Below, in pieces: positions 1-10,436 of a stretch of 64,000 nt of DNA. The DNA lies in the IMG/VR virus record IMGVR_UViG_3300032138_000647, positions 1 through 64,000 of that record. The stretch is one strand, 5' to 3'. Every line of letters begins with the position of its first letter. The stretch's first letter is position 1. The DNA comes from a virus. Its lineage: Duplodnaviria > Caudoviricetes. Below the pieces are notes generated by a model. The model was given only the letters and a program-made list of their open reading frames with translations, was not told the origin of the DNA and searched no databases. Position numbers and translations under genes: made by a program.

Positions 1-1
1 A

Positions 2-1192
2 GGTAATCTAGATCACAAGATTCTGCCAAACAAAGCTGCAATTAATAAGCTTCGAGACATTCTAACTAATAATGTTGGTGGAGGAACAATGGAGCTAGTG
101 TGGGGGCCAGAGCTTAGCTTTACTGAATCCAACAGTGAAGTATATAAGTTTCTAGGTTCTGAAAAATATTCAGCCGTGCTTAACAGTATCTACGCAGGAC
201 TTGGTGTTCCACCCACACTTACGGGAATGGCTGGACAGAGCGGAGGCTTTACCAATAACTTCATTTCACTCAAAACTCTAGTGGAGAGATTGCAGTATGG
301 ACGAGATATGCTTGTCAAGTTTTGGCAGCATGAAATTGAACTTGTCAGAAGAGCTATGGGATTCAGATATCCAGCGCAGATTCATTTTGATCAAATGAGC
401 CTAGCCGATGAGGCAGCAGAAAAGAACCTATTACTTCAGTTGGCTGATAGAGATATTATCAGTCACGAGACAGTGCTAGAACGATTCAAAGAGAAACCAT
501 CTATTGAAAAGATTAGACTAAAGAGAGAAATGCAAGATAGAAATGTTGACGCCACACCCAATAAGGCTGGCCCTTACCATAATCCGCAACACGACCATGA
601 CTTAGAAAAGATCGCCCTACAGCAAGGCGTGGTTACTCCAGAGGACGTAGGGGTGGATAGTAGTCTGGACCCAAAAGAGATGATGGACAGAAAGTTCCCC
701 AAGCCTCAGCCGGGTGGTCCTTCTGGAGGTAAACCCCCCTCGAAAAAGAAGTCTGGCAAACCTGATGGAGGTAGGCCCAAGTTCTCTAACGATAAAGACC
801 CTCGCAAAAAGAGAGTTGATAAACCCAAGTCAAAGCCGGGACTGGCAGATCTGATCTCTTGGAGCCAATCTTCCTTTGTACAGATTTCTGATATAGTTAA
901 TTCTGCATTTCTTAGTGTCAAGAAGAAACGTAATTTGAGACAGCTAACTAAGGCTGATGTCGCAGATCTAGAAAGTCTAAAAGTTGATATTCTCACTAAT
1001 CTAACTCCACTCTCTGAGGTGACGGCAGAGGTAGTGCATGCCCACCTTGTTTCTGGTTCTAGATCCCCACGAGACTTTCGGGATTCGCTCTTGGAAAGGG
1101 GGGTAAACACGAACAGTATGAATATAGAGACCTATAGACAGCACGTGATAGGCTCATACGTGGACTACTTTTCTAGTCACCAAGACACATAA
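2..1192 (+). CDS. Portal protein, C-terminal part (5'-truncated)
   Basis: The frame is open from position 2 (GNLDHKILPNKAAINKLRDIL...) into the 89..1192 ORF. It has portal-like motifs (IYAGLGVPPTLTG, QLADRDIISHET) and a P/K-rich GGRP tail, and lies directly upstream of protease and capsid genes. Confidence 0.7.
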   Translation, partial: GNLDHKILPNKAAINKLRDILTNNVGGGTMELVWGPELSFTESNSEVYKFLGSEKYSAVLNSIYAGLGVPPTLTGMAGQSGGFTNNFISLKTLVERLQYGRDMLVKFWQHEIELVRRAMGFRYPAQIHFDQMSLADEAAEKNLLLQLADRDIISHETVLERFKEKPSIEKIRLKREMQDRNVDATPNKAGPYHNPQHDHDLEKIALQQGVVTPEDVGVDSSLDPKEMMDRKFPKPQPGGPSGGKPPSKKKSGKPDGGRPKFSNDKDPRKKRVDKPKSKPGLADLISWSQSSFVQISDIVNSAFLSVKKKRNLRQLTKADVADLESLKVDILTNLTPLSEVTAEVVHAHLVSGSRSPRDFRDSLLERGVNTNSMNIETYRQHVIGSYVDYFSSHQDT

Positions 1193-1214
1193 TTCGCACT
1201 ATTTTAAATAAGTT

Positions 1215-1232
1215 GTGTATATATTTCTTAGA
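1215..1232 (+). promoter_or_regulatory. Putative late promoter GTGTATA-N7-TAGA
   Basis: GTGTATATATTTCTTAGA; the same motif recurs in four other intergenic gaps upstream of structural genes. Confidence 0.65.
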
Positions 1233-1241
1233 GGTTTTCTC

Positions 1242-2747
1242 ATGAGCAAAATACAAATTTACGAGCAGGAGATTGCTGATGGATTGGCTGATAATATCAA
1301 CAGCCAAGCATTAGTTGCCTACTGCTCCCAAGCCAATTTAGTGCTGAAGGACTCACCTCCCTCGACACCTATAAACATCCCAGACTCTTTGCGTAAATTG
1401 CTTGCCAAGAGTAATCCAGACCAACTAGACCTGTACTACCTAGAGTCTGTACTGGTTTCTACTGGTTGGAATAAGAATGATGATGTTTTTCAGCCAGATG
1501 TAACTTGGGCTGCTAGATCTACTCCAGAAGATAAGCAGTTCAACTTTATGCACGATGAGAACGATATTATCGGGCATATTACAAGCAGCTATGTATTGGA
1601 CAAGCTGGGCAACAAGGTGTCAGCCGACGCAGAGCGCCCAGAAGAATTCGATATTATAACTGAAGCTGTTTTATATAACAGTTGGATGAATCCAGAAAAC
1701 CGAGAGAGGATGCAGCAAATTATTGCTGAAATTGAAGAAGGAAAATGGTTCGTTTCCATGGAGTGCCTTTTCTCAGGTTTTGATTACGCCCTAACAGATC
1801 CCGAGGGACAGTCAAAACTTTTGGAAAGAAATGAGTCATCAGCATTTCTGACCAAGCACTTAAGGTCTTATGGAGGAACCGGAGAGTACGAAGGATATAA
1901 GATAGGAAGAGCATTGCGCAATATTTCTTTTTCTGGTAAGGGGCTTGTTTCACAGCCCGCAAATCCACGGAGTATTATTTTTAACTCTAGCAAGGCTTTT
2001 CAAGTACACGAAGAAGACAAACTTACTAAGTTTTCAATAGGAGATTATCAAATGTCAGACAACTCAACTCTTTTAGAAAAGCAGGTTGCAGAGCTTCAAG
2101 CTGAACTTGCCAATGCTAAAGCAGAGAATGAAGTCATGAAGCAGAATATCGAGGATGCAAAAGACAAAGAGTTTGCAGCCACGATTGAGGCTTTTGAGGC
2201 CGATTCTCAGCAGCGCGCTGAAGAGGTTAGTAACCTAGAGGAGACCATCAAGGCTCAGATGACTAATGTCGCTGAACTTGAAGATTCCTTGGCCCAAAAA
2301 GCAGAAGAGCTTGCTGAAGCTATTAACGCTTTAACAGAGCAACAGCAACGAGAGAGGCAGCAGAAGCGACTCGCAAGCCTGATTAACGCAGGCTTTGGCG
2401 AAGCAGAAGCTGAAGAGTCCCTTTCCCTTTACGAAGCACTGAATGACGAAGCGTTTGACGCCATCGTTGCCAAGTGGTTTGATAAGAAGGAAAAGGACGA
2501 CAAGAAGAAGAAGAAAGAAGACGACAAAGACGCCGAAGCTCAAGTTGAACCCGACGCTGTTGAAGCAACTGGAGAACCAGAAGCAGAAGTAGCAGAAGAA
2601 GCAGAAGCAACGGAAGAAATGTTTGATGAAGTAGAGTCCTCTGAAGCAGCGCTTGTAGATGCTGTCACTGAGGAAGACTCGTTGCAGAGCACCAGAGCCA
2701 ACTTGGCCGAGTGGCTTTCAGAAAACGTTTTACAAAATAATAAGTAA
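1242..2747 (+). CDS. Prohead maturation protease fused to C-terminal scaffolding domain
   Basis: ATG 1242 follows GAGG; the ORF-track GTG start lies inside the promoter motif. Protease-like motifs NKNDDVF, FNFMHD..IIGHI, FVSMEC, FSGKGLVSQPANP, then an acidic coiled-coil C-half. Lies between portal and capsid genes. Confidence 0.8.
   Translation: MSKIQIYEQEIADGLADNINSQALVAYCSQANLVLKDSPPSTPINIPDSLRKLLAKSNPDQLDLYYLESVLVSTGWNKNDDVFQPDVTWAARSTPEDKQFNFMHDENDIIGHITSSYVLDKLGNKVSADAERPEEFDIITEAVLYNSWMNPENRERMQQIIAEIEEGKWFVSMECLFSGFDYALTDPEGQSKLLERNESSAFLTKHLRSYGGTGEYEGYKIGRALRNISFSGKGLVSQPANPRSIIFNSSKAFQVHEEDKLTKFSIGDYQMSDNSTLLEKQVAELQAELANAKAENEVMKQNIEDAKDKEFAATIEAFEADSQQRAEEVSNLEETIKAQMTNVAELEDSLAQKAEELAEAINALTEQQQRERQQKRLASLINAGFGEAEAEESLSLYEALNDEAFDAIVAKWFDKKEKDDKKKKKEDDKDAEAQVEPDAVEATGEPEAEVAEEAEATEEMFDEVESSEAALVDAVTEEDSLQSTRANLAEWLSENVLQNNK
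2052..2747 (+). CDS. Scaffolding protein from an internal in-frame start
   Basis: AGGAG at 2039-2043, 8 nt before in-frame ATG 2052 (MSDNSTLLEKQVAEL), exactly where the coiled-coil region begins. Confidence 0.6.
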   Translation: MSDNSTLLEKQVAELQAELANAKAENEVMKQNIEDAKDKEFAATIEAFEADSQQRAEEVSNLEETIKAQMTNVAELEDSLAQKAEELAEAINALTEQQQRERQQKRLASLINAGFGEAEAEESLSLYEALNDEAFDAIVAKWFDKKEKDDKKKKKEDDKDAEAQVEPDAVEATGEPEAEVAEEAEATEEMFDEVESSEAALVDAVTEEDSLQSTRANLAEWLSENVLQNNK

Positions 2748-2766
2748 TCTATAGAGGAGATTAAAC

Positions 2767-3264
2767 ATGGCTCTCAAAGCAGACAGACATGAACTTCAGA
2801 CTGACATCAGCTTCTTCTGCGACGACTCTACGACGACGACTCGCGGCGGTGTTGTATGTCATGATGGCACTACGGCATCTGGTGCAGCGATGGACCAAGG
2901 TGTTGCAAAAGTTCGCTATCAAGCGACTGTTACTACATCCCACGTTCCTGTTGGCATTTTGCTAAACGACGTGGTAAACAAGGACTTAACTCGAACCCAT
3001 CTTAATCATTTTAAAGATGAAGTACAGTTGGGCGGTAAGGTTACCGTTCTCCGTAAGGGTTGGGTTGTAACCAATTCGATTCCGACTGGCGACTCTCCAG
3101 TGGCAGGCTCACGAGCTTTTGTCAATGATGCTGGAGAAATCGGCGTGGCGTCAAATATTGGTGCTTCCGGTAGCCTTTGTATTGGCCGTTTCTTGACCGG
3201 TAAGGACGAAGATGGCTACGCCAAGGTTGAAGTTAACCTTCCTAACTTTGGACAAGATACATAA
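2767..3264 (+). CDS. Capsid decoration/cement protein
   Basis: 165 aa, small-residue beta-rich (PVGILLNDV, VTVLRKG, IGRFLT), strong SD GAGGAG, between scaffold and major capsid genes. Confidence 0.65.
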   Translation: MALKADRHELQTDISFFCDDSTTTTRGGVVCHDGTTASGAAMDQGVAKVRYQATVTTSHVPVGILLNDVVNKDLTRTHLNHFKDEVQLGGKVTVLRKGWVVTNSIPTGDSPVAGSRAFVNDAGEIGVASNIGASGSLCIGRFLTGKDEDGYAKVEVNLPNFGQDT

Positions 3265-3290
3265 TCTAACCAACTCAAAAGGAGAATATA

Positions 3291-4298
3291 ATGCCTACTA
3301 ACAACAGACCTAGCGAAGAACATCTTGCCCTGCTTCGCCAATCAGGGGACAGCGACATTAATGTCGCAACTGCCGCTCAGCGAGAATTCGCAAAAGCGTT
3401 AGAGCTACCCCTAAGAAAGGGCGTCTTAATGGGTAATGTTCTGGGCGACATTTTTGAAACTATCAATGTCGAACCGGGCAGTACCACAGAATTCCCACTG
3501 GATCTTATCTCTCCGGGTATGGAAGGCGAACATGTTGCCTACACCAACCCCGGCCACGGTAGAATCCCAGAACGAGCAGTCGAAAGCGACTACGTTACTA
3601 TTCCTACCTATAGTATCACGTCTTCAATCGACTACCTCTTGCGTTATGCTAGAGAAGCTCGCTGGGATATCGTATCACGCGCTATGCAGGTAATGGAAGC
3701 TGGATTCGTCAAGAAAATGAACGATGATGGCTGGCATACCCTACTTGCCGCTGGTGTAGACCGAAATATCTTGGTCTATGACGGCGATGCCACCGCAGGT
3801 ATGTTTACTAAGAGACTCGTTTCTCTTATGCAGACCGTGATGCGTCGTAACTCCGGGGGCAACAGTGCTTCAGTAGGGCGTGGACGCCTCACTGACCTGT
3901 ATGTCAGCCCGGAAGCTCTAGAAGATGTTCGCAACTGGGGACTTGATCAGATCGATGAAGTGACCCGGCGTGAGATCTACACCGCTGATAGTGAGGGCGC
4001 GCCCATCACACGTATCTTTGGTGTCAATCTCCATGCGATGGACGAGCTTGGCGAAAGTCAAGAGTACCAAGACTTCTTCATCAATGAGCTTGGTGGTGCG
4101 GTGCAAGGCTCTGACGCTGAGCTTATAGTTGGTCTTGATCAGTCCAGCAGCGACAGCTTCGTCATGCCGGTTAAGCAGCAGCTAGAGATCTTTGAAGACC
4201 CTGCTCTTCATCGTCAACAGCGCGCTGGCTTCTACGGCTGGGCAGAGCTTGGATTTGGTGTTCTGGACAATAGACGAGTCATTTTAGGCTCCTTCTAG
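3291..4298 (+). CDS. Major capsid protein (HK97 fold)
   Basis: 335 aa, strong SD AAGGAG, followed by a terminator. HK97-like motifs (DLYVSPEALEDVRNW, IFGVNL, GFYGWAELGFGVLD) and synteny. Confidence 0.85.
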   Translation: MPTNNRPSEEHLALLRQSGDSDINVATAAQREFAKALELPLRKGVLMGNVLGDIFETINVEPGSTTEFPLDLISPGMEGEHVAYTNPGHGRIPERAVESDYVTIPTYSITSSIDYLLRYAREARWDIVSRAMQVMEAGFVKKMNDDGWHTLLAAGVDRNILVYDGDATAGMFTKRLVSLMQTVMRRNSGGNSASVGRGRLTDLYVSPEALEDVRNWGLDQIDEVTRREIYTADSEGAPITRIFGVNLHAMDELGESQEYQDFFINELGGAVQGSDAELIVGLDQSSSDSFVMPVKQQLEIFEDPALHRQQRAGFYGWAELGFGVLDNRRVILGSF

Positions 4299-4320
4299 GC
4301 GCTATTTTCAACCCCACCTA

Positions 4321-4360
4321 AGAAAGGCCACCTCCACATAACTGGGGGTGGCTTTTTCTT
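4321..4360 (+). terminator. Intrinsic terminator after major capsid gene
   Basis: Stem GCCACCTCCA (4327-4336) / TGGGGGTGGC (4343-4352), 6-nt loop, then TTTTTCTTT; A-rich on the 5' side. Confidence 0.9.
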
Positions 4361-4363
4361 TAT

Positions 4364-4380
4364 GTGTATATAATAATAGA
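4364..4380 (+). promoter_or_regulatory. Putative late promoter GTGTATA-N6-TAGA
   Basis: GTGTATATAATAATAGA immediately after the terminator, where transcription must restart. Confidence 0.75.
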
Positions 4381-4418
4381 ACATGTGTTTTTAAGGACTT
4401 AAATATAGGAGATGACCT

Positions 4419-4931
4419 ATGGCTGCGTTGTCCGATTATCTGGAATCTGGCCTGCTTAATCACGTTTTTAGGGGTGGCAGTTTTCCAAAGCCCACAGGTG
4501 TTGCTATAGCGCTTACTACTAGTGCTCCCAAAGATAGCAATACGGGGCAAGGTGTATTATATGGGGGAACGTTCCCCGAATTATCAAGTGGGATTGACTA
4601 TGATGGTGCTCCCACTCTAGGCGCTCAGTCGTCAGGAACCAACTATAGTAGAGTTTTACTAGGAGATCCTAGCGTAGTTGGTGATACAGTTTGGTCTCAC
4701 GTATCTGATGATTTGGACGCTGGAAGCGGTATCATTAGAAACAGTGGGCAGATCGTGTTTAATACCGCCCTTACAGATTGGGGCTGGGTATCTGGAGTAG
4801 CAATTCTAGACAGTCACGAGCTTGGAACTGGCAATCTGCTTATGCATGCAACACTAGAAAATCCACGCTTAATCTATACAGGAGATAATGTTAAGTTTGA
4901 TGTTGCAACCTTAGAAATCAGCTTTAAGTAG
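4419..4931 (+). CDS. Conserved phage virion structural protein
   Basis: Widespread phage motif set SDYLE..LLNHVF / Y.RV / N...IVF..A..DWG.V / GNLL / I..GD.VKF; SD AGGAG. Confidence 0.7.
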   Translation: MAALSDYLESGLLNHVFRGGSFPKPTGVAIALTTSAPKDSNTGQGVLYGGTFPELSSGIDYDGAPTLGAQSSGTNYSRVLLGDPSVVGDTVWSHVSDDLDAGSGIIRNSGQIVFNTALTDWGWVSGVAILDSHELGTGNLLMHATLENPRLIYTGDNVKFDVATLEISFK

Positions 4932-4951
4932 AATAAGCAGGGTCACTTCTG

Positions 4952-7900
4952 ATGATTTTAAACAAACTAAAACTTGTAGATAATATAGTCCGCGACCTCG
5001 CTGACAACTCTACGGGTAAGATTTCTCCCCATGATGTCAGGCAAAATATGCTTGATGTCATTGATTCTATACATCTCCTCACAGCAGACCAAAATTTATA
5101 CTCTAAGAATTTTGGAACAGTAGACACTCGGACAACGAGGGCTGGCGATCTAGCTATAGGTAAGCTGCACCTTGATGGCTATGTGAGCGTAGACAATTCC
5201 GCATTTGGCTACTCCTCTCTATCTGAAAACTATAACGGCGCAAGAAATACCGCGATTGGCTCCCACGCACTATCCTGCAACCTTTACGGAAGCGGTAATA
5301 CGGCTGTTGGCGTAAGTGCTATTGCCGGAAACGTATTTGGTTCTGGCAATGTTGCTCTAGGTAACCTCGCCCTGCAAAGGAACAAGTGGGGGAATTACAA
5401 TATAGCCATTGGCCATGGTGCTGGCTATTATATAGGTCAAAACGAAAGTCACCGCTTCTATCTGGGAAGTCACATAGTTGATGACAACGCAGTTTGCTCC
5501 AACCCCCTTGGGTCTGGCCTTACTCCCCTTATGCTTGGAGACCTTAAGGATCTCAAGCTAGGTATTGCCGTTAGCGGTCTTCATGAATATGGCACGCTTC
5601 AAGTTGGCGGTGATATTGTTCCATCAGAGAACCCCGGAAAATACAACCTAGGTCATCAAGAAAAGCGCTGGAAGAATATCTTTGCTTCAGAGGCGCTTGA
5701 CTACCCCGATAGTAGTCACTTCTCTATAAGAAGAACCGTGACGACAACCCCCGCAGGGGTAGTTACCTACACTCCCTCTGAGGTTATCTATCTCGAAAGC
5801 GGAGGCATGATCGGGCTGGGAACCAATGCTCCATCTGGAACACAGGGTTTGGTTACATCTAAGGGTAATATCGTACCGAAGTATGATAACTCCTACTCCA
5901 TCGGCCATCCAGATCTAATGTGGAGCGGCGGTTACTTCAAAAACATCAGTGTTAGTGGTACTGCCGATATAACCACGTTCAACTATAAAGAGATCAATAG
6001 CTGCACCTATGAGTGTAAAACTCTCTATCTAGCTTCAAGTGGAGACCCCTGCTATTCTGGCGGTCCGCCGTGTGGCTATCTTACTGACCAAGAACTAGAA
6101 GGCGGCGGCCTCGTTCTTCAGTCAAGTGGAGCGGCTGGTTCTGCCGAGGGATTCTTCAGGCGTAACTATGAGTGGACTTACAGAGCGCCTGACTCCACTC
6201 TAACATGCCTAGAAATTGACAGCCCTTACTCTCGATCTACTTGGAATAGTAATATCAGTATTCATGTGGCCTCTGGTAGTCACTTGAAAACTGATAGAGT
6301 CATTGGGAGAGATAGCGTTGCACTATTAAACGAGAATGGCTGCTACGGCTGGTTCATCCAAAGAGATGATGATATCATTAGAACTGGTGATCTTGGCCAG
6401 AATGAAATACAGAAGATTACGGTCAATGCTACGGCTGGCACATTTACGTTAACATATAGCGGGCAAACCACATCCGCAATTGCCTTCGATGCTTCTTCAG
6501 CCGACATACAGTCCGCACTAGAAGCCCTATCAAATATCGAAGTGGGCGATATTGTCGTTACTGGAAATGATGGCGGGGTTTGGACTGTCACATTTACTGG
6601 CTCGTTAGCGAAAACTAACGTTGCTCAGATTACATGTACTAATGTAGACTTAACTTTGGGCGGTACGGCAAACGAAAGCTCCAGAACATTCTTTGCACAC
6701 CGCTTCCAGTCTCGCGTCGTGTCAAATCACTCACATAATGGTGTCTTACGCGATTTCTGGGCGTATCAGCCTCCCTATATACGGATACGGTCCAATCAGG
6801 TTGCGACTCAAGGAAGCTTCAAGCTTCGTATGAGACGGGAAGACACCAATGTCCTCTTTGATACTGAATTAATTCCATTTGACGCCACAAGAACAGAGAT
6901 TTGTGATGCTGTCAATGCTGCTGTACTAGCACAGGGAATCACAGGGGTGACGCTGCATGCGTGGGCCTATGAGTACCGTCAAGATAGAGTACCGGTTGGC
7001 CATACCATTTCATCGATTGTTGCCACTTACAACCTTCACAACCCAACTTATAAAGCGTTGAGTACAGGTAATAACCATTATTCATATTTATTCTGGGTGG
7101 ATGGGCGTTCAGACCGAGCCGGAACATTCGAGATACCAAACCCAAAAATCAGCTTCTACACTACCGAGGCGAGGAGTAGCCATATTTCTCAGCCGTTTCA
7201 TGACTATGGTATGGACGGGGTGCTTTCGCTTTACGCATCCGAACCCCACGCCGGAACTTATAACAATGAGAATAACACACACACCGATTTTATTCACTGG
7301 GCCGACAATAGCGAATATGACACCGATGCTGAACCGTCTGATGTAGGATTTAAGGTTGTGTGGCGGCAGGAGAGAACCGGCATGCCGGACAACCCTCTAG
7401 TCAACCAAGAGGTTGAGTTCAACACAAGCGACACGGTAGCGATGGCTCAGCCTAAATTTGATGCCGTATTTGGGGCTGGAGCAGTTGAGATATCATCCAA
7501 CGGAACAGGAATGACCAATCATACAGTTGGCTTGTGGCCTGAAGGATCTGCTGGGGATGACTTCGCTCAAGCAGGTTGGTATATTAAGTATAAAAGCGCT
7601 GAACTTTTAGCAGAAGATAAGGTGCCGTACATTATTTATGAGGGTGCGGACCCTTACCACAACGTCGGCCAGCGTTTTCGAACCCTTACAGGTCTAACTG
7701 GTGATACAACATATATCTTTTACACCGAGATGCCAAGGCTTGGTGTTGCCCTGTATAGACACGAAGGCGAAGGGCCTACTGTTGATCCGGGTTCATGCAG
7801 CACTGCAACAACGCAAGACGGTTCGGCTGATATTACAGCAATCACCAAGGTCGATAATGTTGTCTATCTAACTAAAGAAGATCACATTAAGCCTAACCCA

Positions 7901-10432
7901 ATTAGCCCAGAAGGCAAGATTGGTAACGTAACAGACGTAAACTTTATTGCTTCTGGCGTTGATAGAGATTATCATATCAGCTATTCCCACCTGAACGAGG
8001 GGGTTACAGTCGGCCAACGTCTCGTTACCAGAACCATGGAAAAACGGACAGATACAGCCATTCCTCCAAGGGAGAAGGTTACTGGTTTTAGTATTGACTA
8101 TATAGATGAAGCAGACGCTGTTGGATATACCGGCCAACGCAAAGACCGCTTGGTCATTGCTGCATACGATGACACCGTAGCCCCACTTAATGCTCTGACA
8201 ATTATGAGGTCCGATGATCCGGGCTTAGTTGGCATTAGTGATATCGAAAATGCCGCCCACGTTATCCTTCCCGAAACCATCTTTAATATTCAGAGCACGG
8301 GTGAAACCATAGCTCGCAATACCACTTGGGGAGCAGTAGATAAAACTTCTCTCCAGCTTCTGGGGGCACAAAATAATCCGCTGGATGAGATGTCGGAAGG
8401 TGTTGAACTTGAATACACCGTAACAAAGAGAAGAGCCGACATGTCCCTGTGGGACGATGGCGGAAACAAGATTGTTATAACCCTTGATAATGACAATAAA
8501 TTCATTGGTATCCATAAGCTAGATCCTAATGAAATGCTAACTCTTGGAAGTGGTTTGGACGGATCTGATCCTGCCATTAGTATGCATGAACGGGCTGCTG
8601 CCCCAACGCAGACTCCCGATTACGGTAAGATTTACATTAAGCCTAAAACGGTTGCGAACCAAACCCAATCTGCGTACTTGCTAGATGATGCTGGCAATGA
8701 GTTTGATCTGACGCTGAACAAGTATGACATGAATGACGCTAGGGCGCTTTATACTGATGAGTGGGGCAACACTCTTGGTGGCCTTCTGTCTAACAAAGAT
8801 CGATCAACAATTGATTCTTCAGAGACTTGTAATACTGCCTATGGACATAAAGCTCTTTATGATATCAACGGCGGCGATGTCAATACGGCTATTGGGTGTG
8901 AAGCTCTACAGGGAGTTACCACTGGTTCTAACAACATTGTACTGGGTGGCCAGTCTGCTGATCAAATCACTACGGGTTCCAACAACATTATCATCGGAAC
9001 CAACGCATTAGCTACTTCTGAGTCAGATATATCTGACAACTTGATTATTGGCGGTGACGGTATCGGAAACGGACTCGGCAGCGATTACAATTCTTCCACC
9101 AACCCACACGCCAAAAAATACAACTTCATTCTTGGCACAAGCTACAACGAAACCTTGATGACCGGAAAGACCGGTCCTACCGCTGCCGATAGGGAGCTAA
9201 CACTTCCTCTTGGAAAACTTAGAATTACCGCTTCCAATGATGAACTTTTGTTCAGTCACAAGGTGGGAATATTTGGCTCTGATCCAGCTTCAGTCATAGA
9301 AGTTATTGATAATAACCATGACCGACCAGAGGGCGGCTTGGCATTTCTGTTTACGGGTATGGACGAGGGTGTGGTTCAAAACCAAGACACCCTGTTTAAG
9401 CTGCGTAGCCACGCTGCCATGGATACTACGTGTAATGAATGGCCCGGAGACATATCTAGAACAAGACCATATGCTGAACTGCAAGGCGATCTTTTCCTTG
9501 CCGGTTCTATCCAGTTCTGTGATGGAACTAGCATGGATAGCACTAGCGGTATTGTTATTATTGCCGGAACTGGAATTAGCGAGCAACTAAGCAGCGTTTA
9601 TAATAACATGGAGTTCCACCTCAATATTGAGGAGATGAACAAGGCTAACGCTTCTCCAAATAACTTATCGGCTATACCAAGCAATGATAAGTCATATGTA
9701 GCCCTTAGTACTAGTGGTGTAGTTGGCAAGATGTCACTACTAGATCTGAGCACCTACCTAGATCACGGCAAGCCGTTTATATCTGGATGCTACAATCACA
9801 TATTTAGTAACACAAGTACAATTAATACTACGGTAAATTGCCGAAACTTCTATGCGGGCTACAGGGCTGGACATGGAGCAACCGGTTGGACAGACTCAAA
9901 CTTTATCGGAACTGAGGCTGGCGCTGGAGCAACCATTGCCTACAACGAGGCAACTAACTGGTCATCAACCTTTATTGGATACCGGGCTGGATACAACGCA
10001 GCTAATGTTGATCACGCAGTCTTTATTGGCGCTCAGGCTGGTAACGATGCAGACAACGCGAAATATTCTGTATTCATAGGAGACTCCGCAGGAGACCGTT
10101 CAGGATCAAGTAGATCTATTGGCATTGGAGATAACGCACTAGCCGGAACCGCCGGTACTAATAATATTGAAATTACTGCTGGTATTGGTGGATCAAATAG
10201 AATTATGTCTGATGTAGCAACCCATGACAATAGGCTTGCTATTGGCACATGTATTGCTGGCATTTCATCGTTGACTGACCGTAGAATATCTATTGGTTCT
10301 CCTAACTTTAATCCAGACGCGGTGTTACAGGTTCAAGCACATGGATCTGAAGCTCGATTACAGGAATGGAAAAACAACGCTGGCACGGTTGTGGCCTATG
10401 TAGACAATGCTGGCAACTATGTCAAGGTGTAA
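4952..10432 (+). CDS. Large fibre protein (1826 aa) with N-x-A-I-G beta-roll repeats
   Basis: Three blocks of ~14-aa N.AIG..A repeats and fibre motifs (GDIVP, YSIGHPDLMW); N-terminus paralogous to 13782..14750. Confidence 0.75.
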   Translation: MILNKLKLVDNIVRDLADNSTGKISPHDVRQNMLDVIDSIHLLTADQNLYSKNFGTVDTRTTRAGDLAIGKLHLDGYVSVDNSAFGYSSLSENYNGARNTAIGSHALSCNLYGSGNTAVGVSAIAGNVFGSGNVALGNLALQRNKWGNYNIAIGHGAGYYIGQNESHRFYLGSHIVDDNAVCSNPLGSGLTPLMLGDLKDLKLGIAVSGLHEYGTLQVGGDIVPSENPGKYNLGHQEKRWKNIFASEALDYPDSSHFSIRRTVTTTPAGVVTYTPSEVIYLESGGMIGLGTNAPSGTQGLVTSKGNIVPKYDNSYSIGHPDLMWSGGYFKNISVSGTADITTFNYKEINSCTYECKTLYLASSGDPCYSGGPPCGYLTDQELEGGGLVLQSSGAAGSAEGFFRRNYEWTYRAPDSTLTCLEIDSPYSRSTWNSNISIHVASGSHLKTDRVIGRDSVALLNENGCYGWFIQRDDDIIRTGDLGQNEIQKITVNATAGTFTLTYSGQTTSAIAFDASSADIQSALEALSNIEVGDIVVTGNDGGVWTVTFTGSLAKTNVAQITCTNVDLTLGGTANESSRTFFAHRFQSRVVSNHSHNGVLRDFWAYQPPYIRIRSNQVATQGSFKLRMRREDTNVLFDTELIPFDATRTEICDAVNAAVLAQGITGVTLHAWAYEYRQDRVPVGHTISSIVATYNLHNPTYKALSTGNNHYSYLFWVDGRSDRAGTFEIPNPKISFYTTEARSSHISQPFHDYGMDGVLSLYASEPHAGTYNNENNTHTDFIHWADNSEYDTDAEPSDVGFKVVWRQERTGMPDNPLVNQEVEFNTSDTVAMAQPKFDAVFGAGAVEISSNGTGMTNHTVGLWPEGSAGDDFAQAGWYIKYKSAELLAEDKVPYIIYEGADPYHNVGQRFRTLTGLTGDTTYIFYTEMPRLGVALYRHEGEGPTVDPGSCSTATTQDGSADITAITKVDNVVYLTKEDHIKPNPISPEGKIGNVTDVNFIASGVDRDYHISYSHLNEGVTVGQRLVTRTMEKRTDTAIPPREKVTGFSIDYIDEADAVGYTGQRKDRLVIAAYDDTVAPLNALTIMRSDDPGLVGISDIENAAHVILPETIFNIQSTGETIARNTTWGAVDKTSLQLLGAQNNPLDEMSEGVELEYTVTKRRADMSLWDDGGNKIVITLDNDNKFIGIHKLDPNEMLTLGSGLDGSDPAISMHERAAAPTQTPDYGKIYIKPKTVANQTQSAYLLDDAGNEFDLTLNKYDMNDARALYTDEWGNTLGGLLSNKDRSTIDSSETCNTAYGHKALYDINGGDVNTAIGCEALQGVTTGSNNIVLGGQSADQITTGSNNIIIGTNALATSESDISDNLIIGGDGIGNGLGSDYNSSTNPHAKKYNFILGTSYNETLMTGKTGPTAADRELTLPLGKLRITASNDELLFSHKVGIFGSDPASVIEVIDNNHDRPEGGLAFLFTGMDEGVVQNQDTLFKLRSHAAMDTTCNEWPGDISRTRPYAELQGDLFLAGSIQFCDGTSMDSTSGIVIIAGTGISEQLSSVYNNMEFHLNIEEMNKANASPNNLSAIPSNDKSYVALSTSGVVGKMSLLDLSTYLDHGKPFISGCYNHIFSNTSTINTTVNCRNFYAGYRAGHGATGWTDSNFIGTEAGAGATIAYNEATNWSSTFIGYRAGYNAANVDHAVFIGAQAGNDADNAKYSVFIGDSAGDRSGSSRSIGIGDNALAGTAGTNNIEITAGIGGSNRIMSDVATHDNRLAIGTCIAGISSLTDRRISIGSPNFNPDAVLQVQAHGSEARLQEWKNNAGTVVAYVDNAGNYVKV

Positions 10433-10436
10433 TTAA

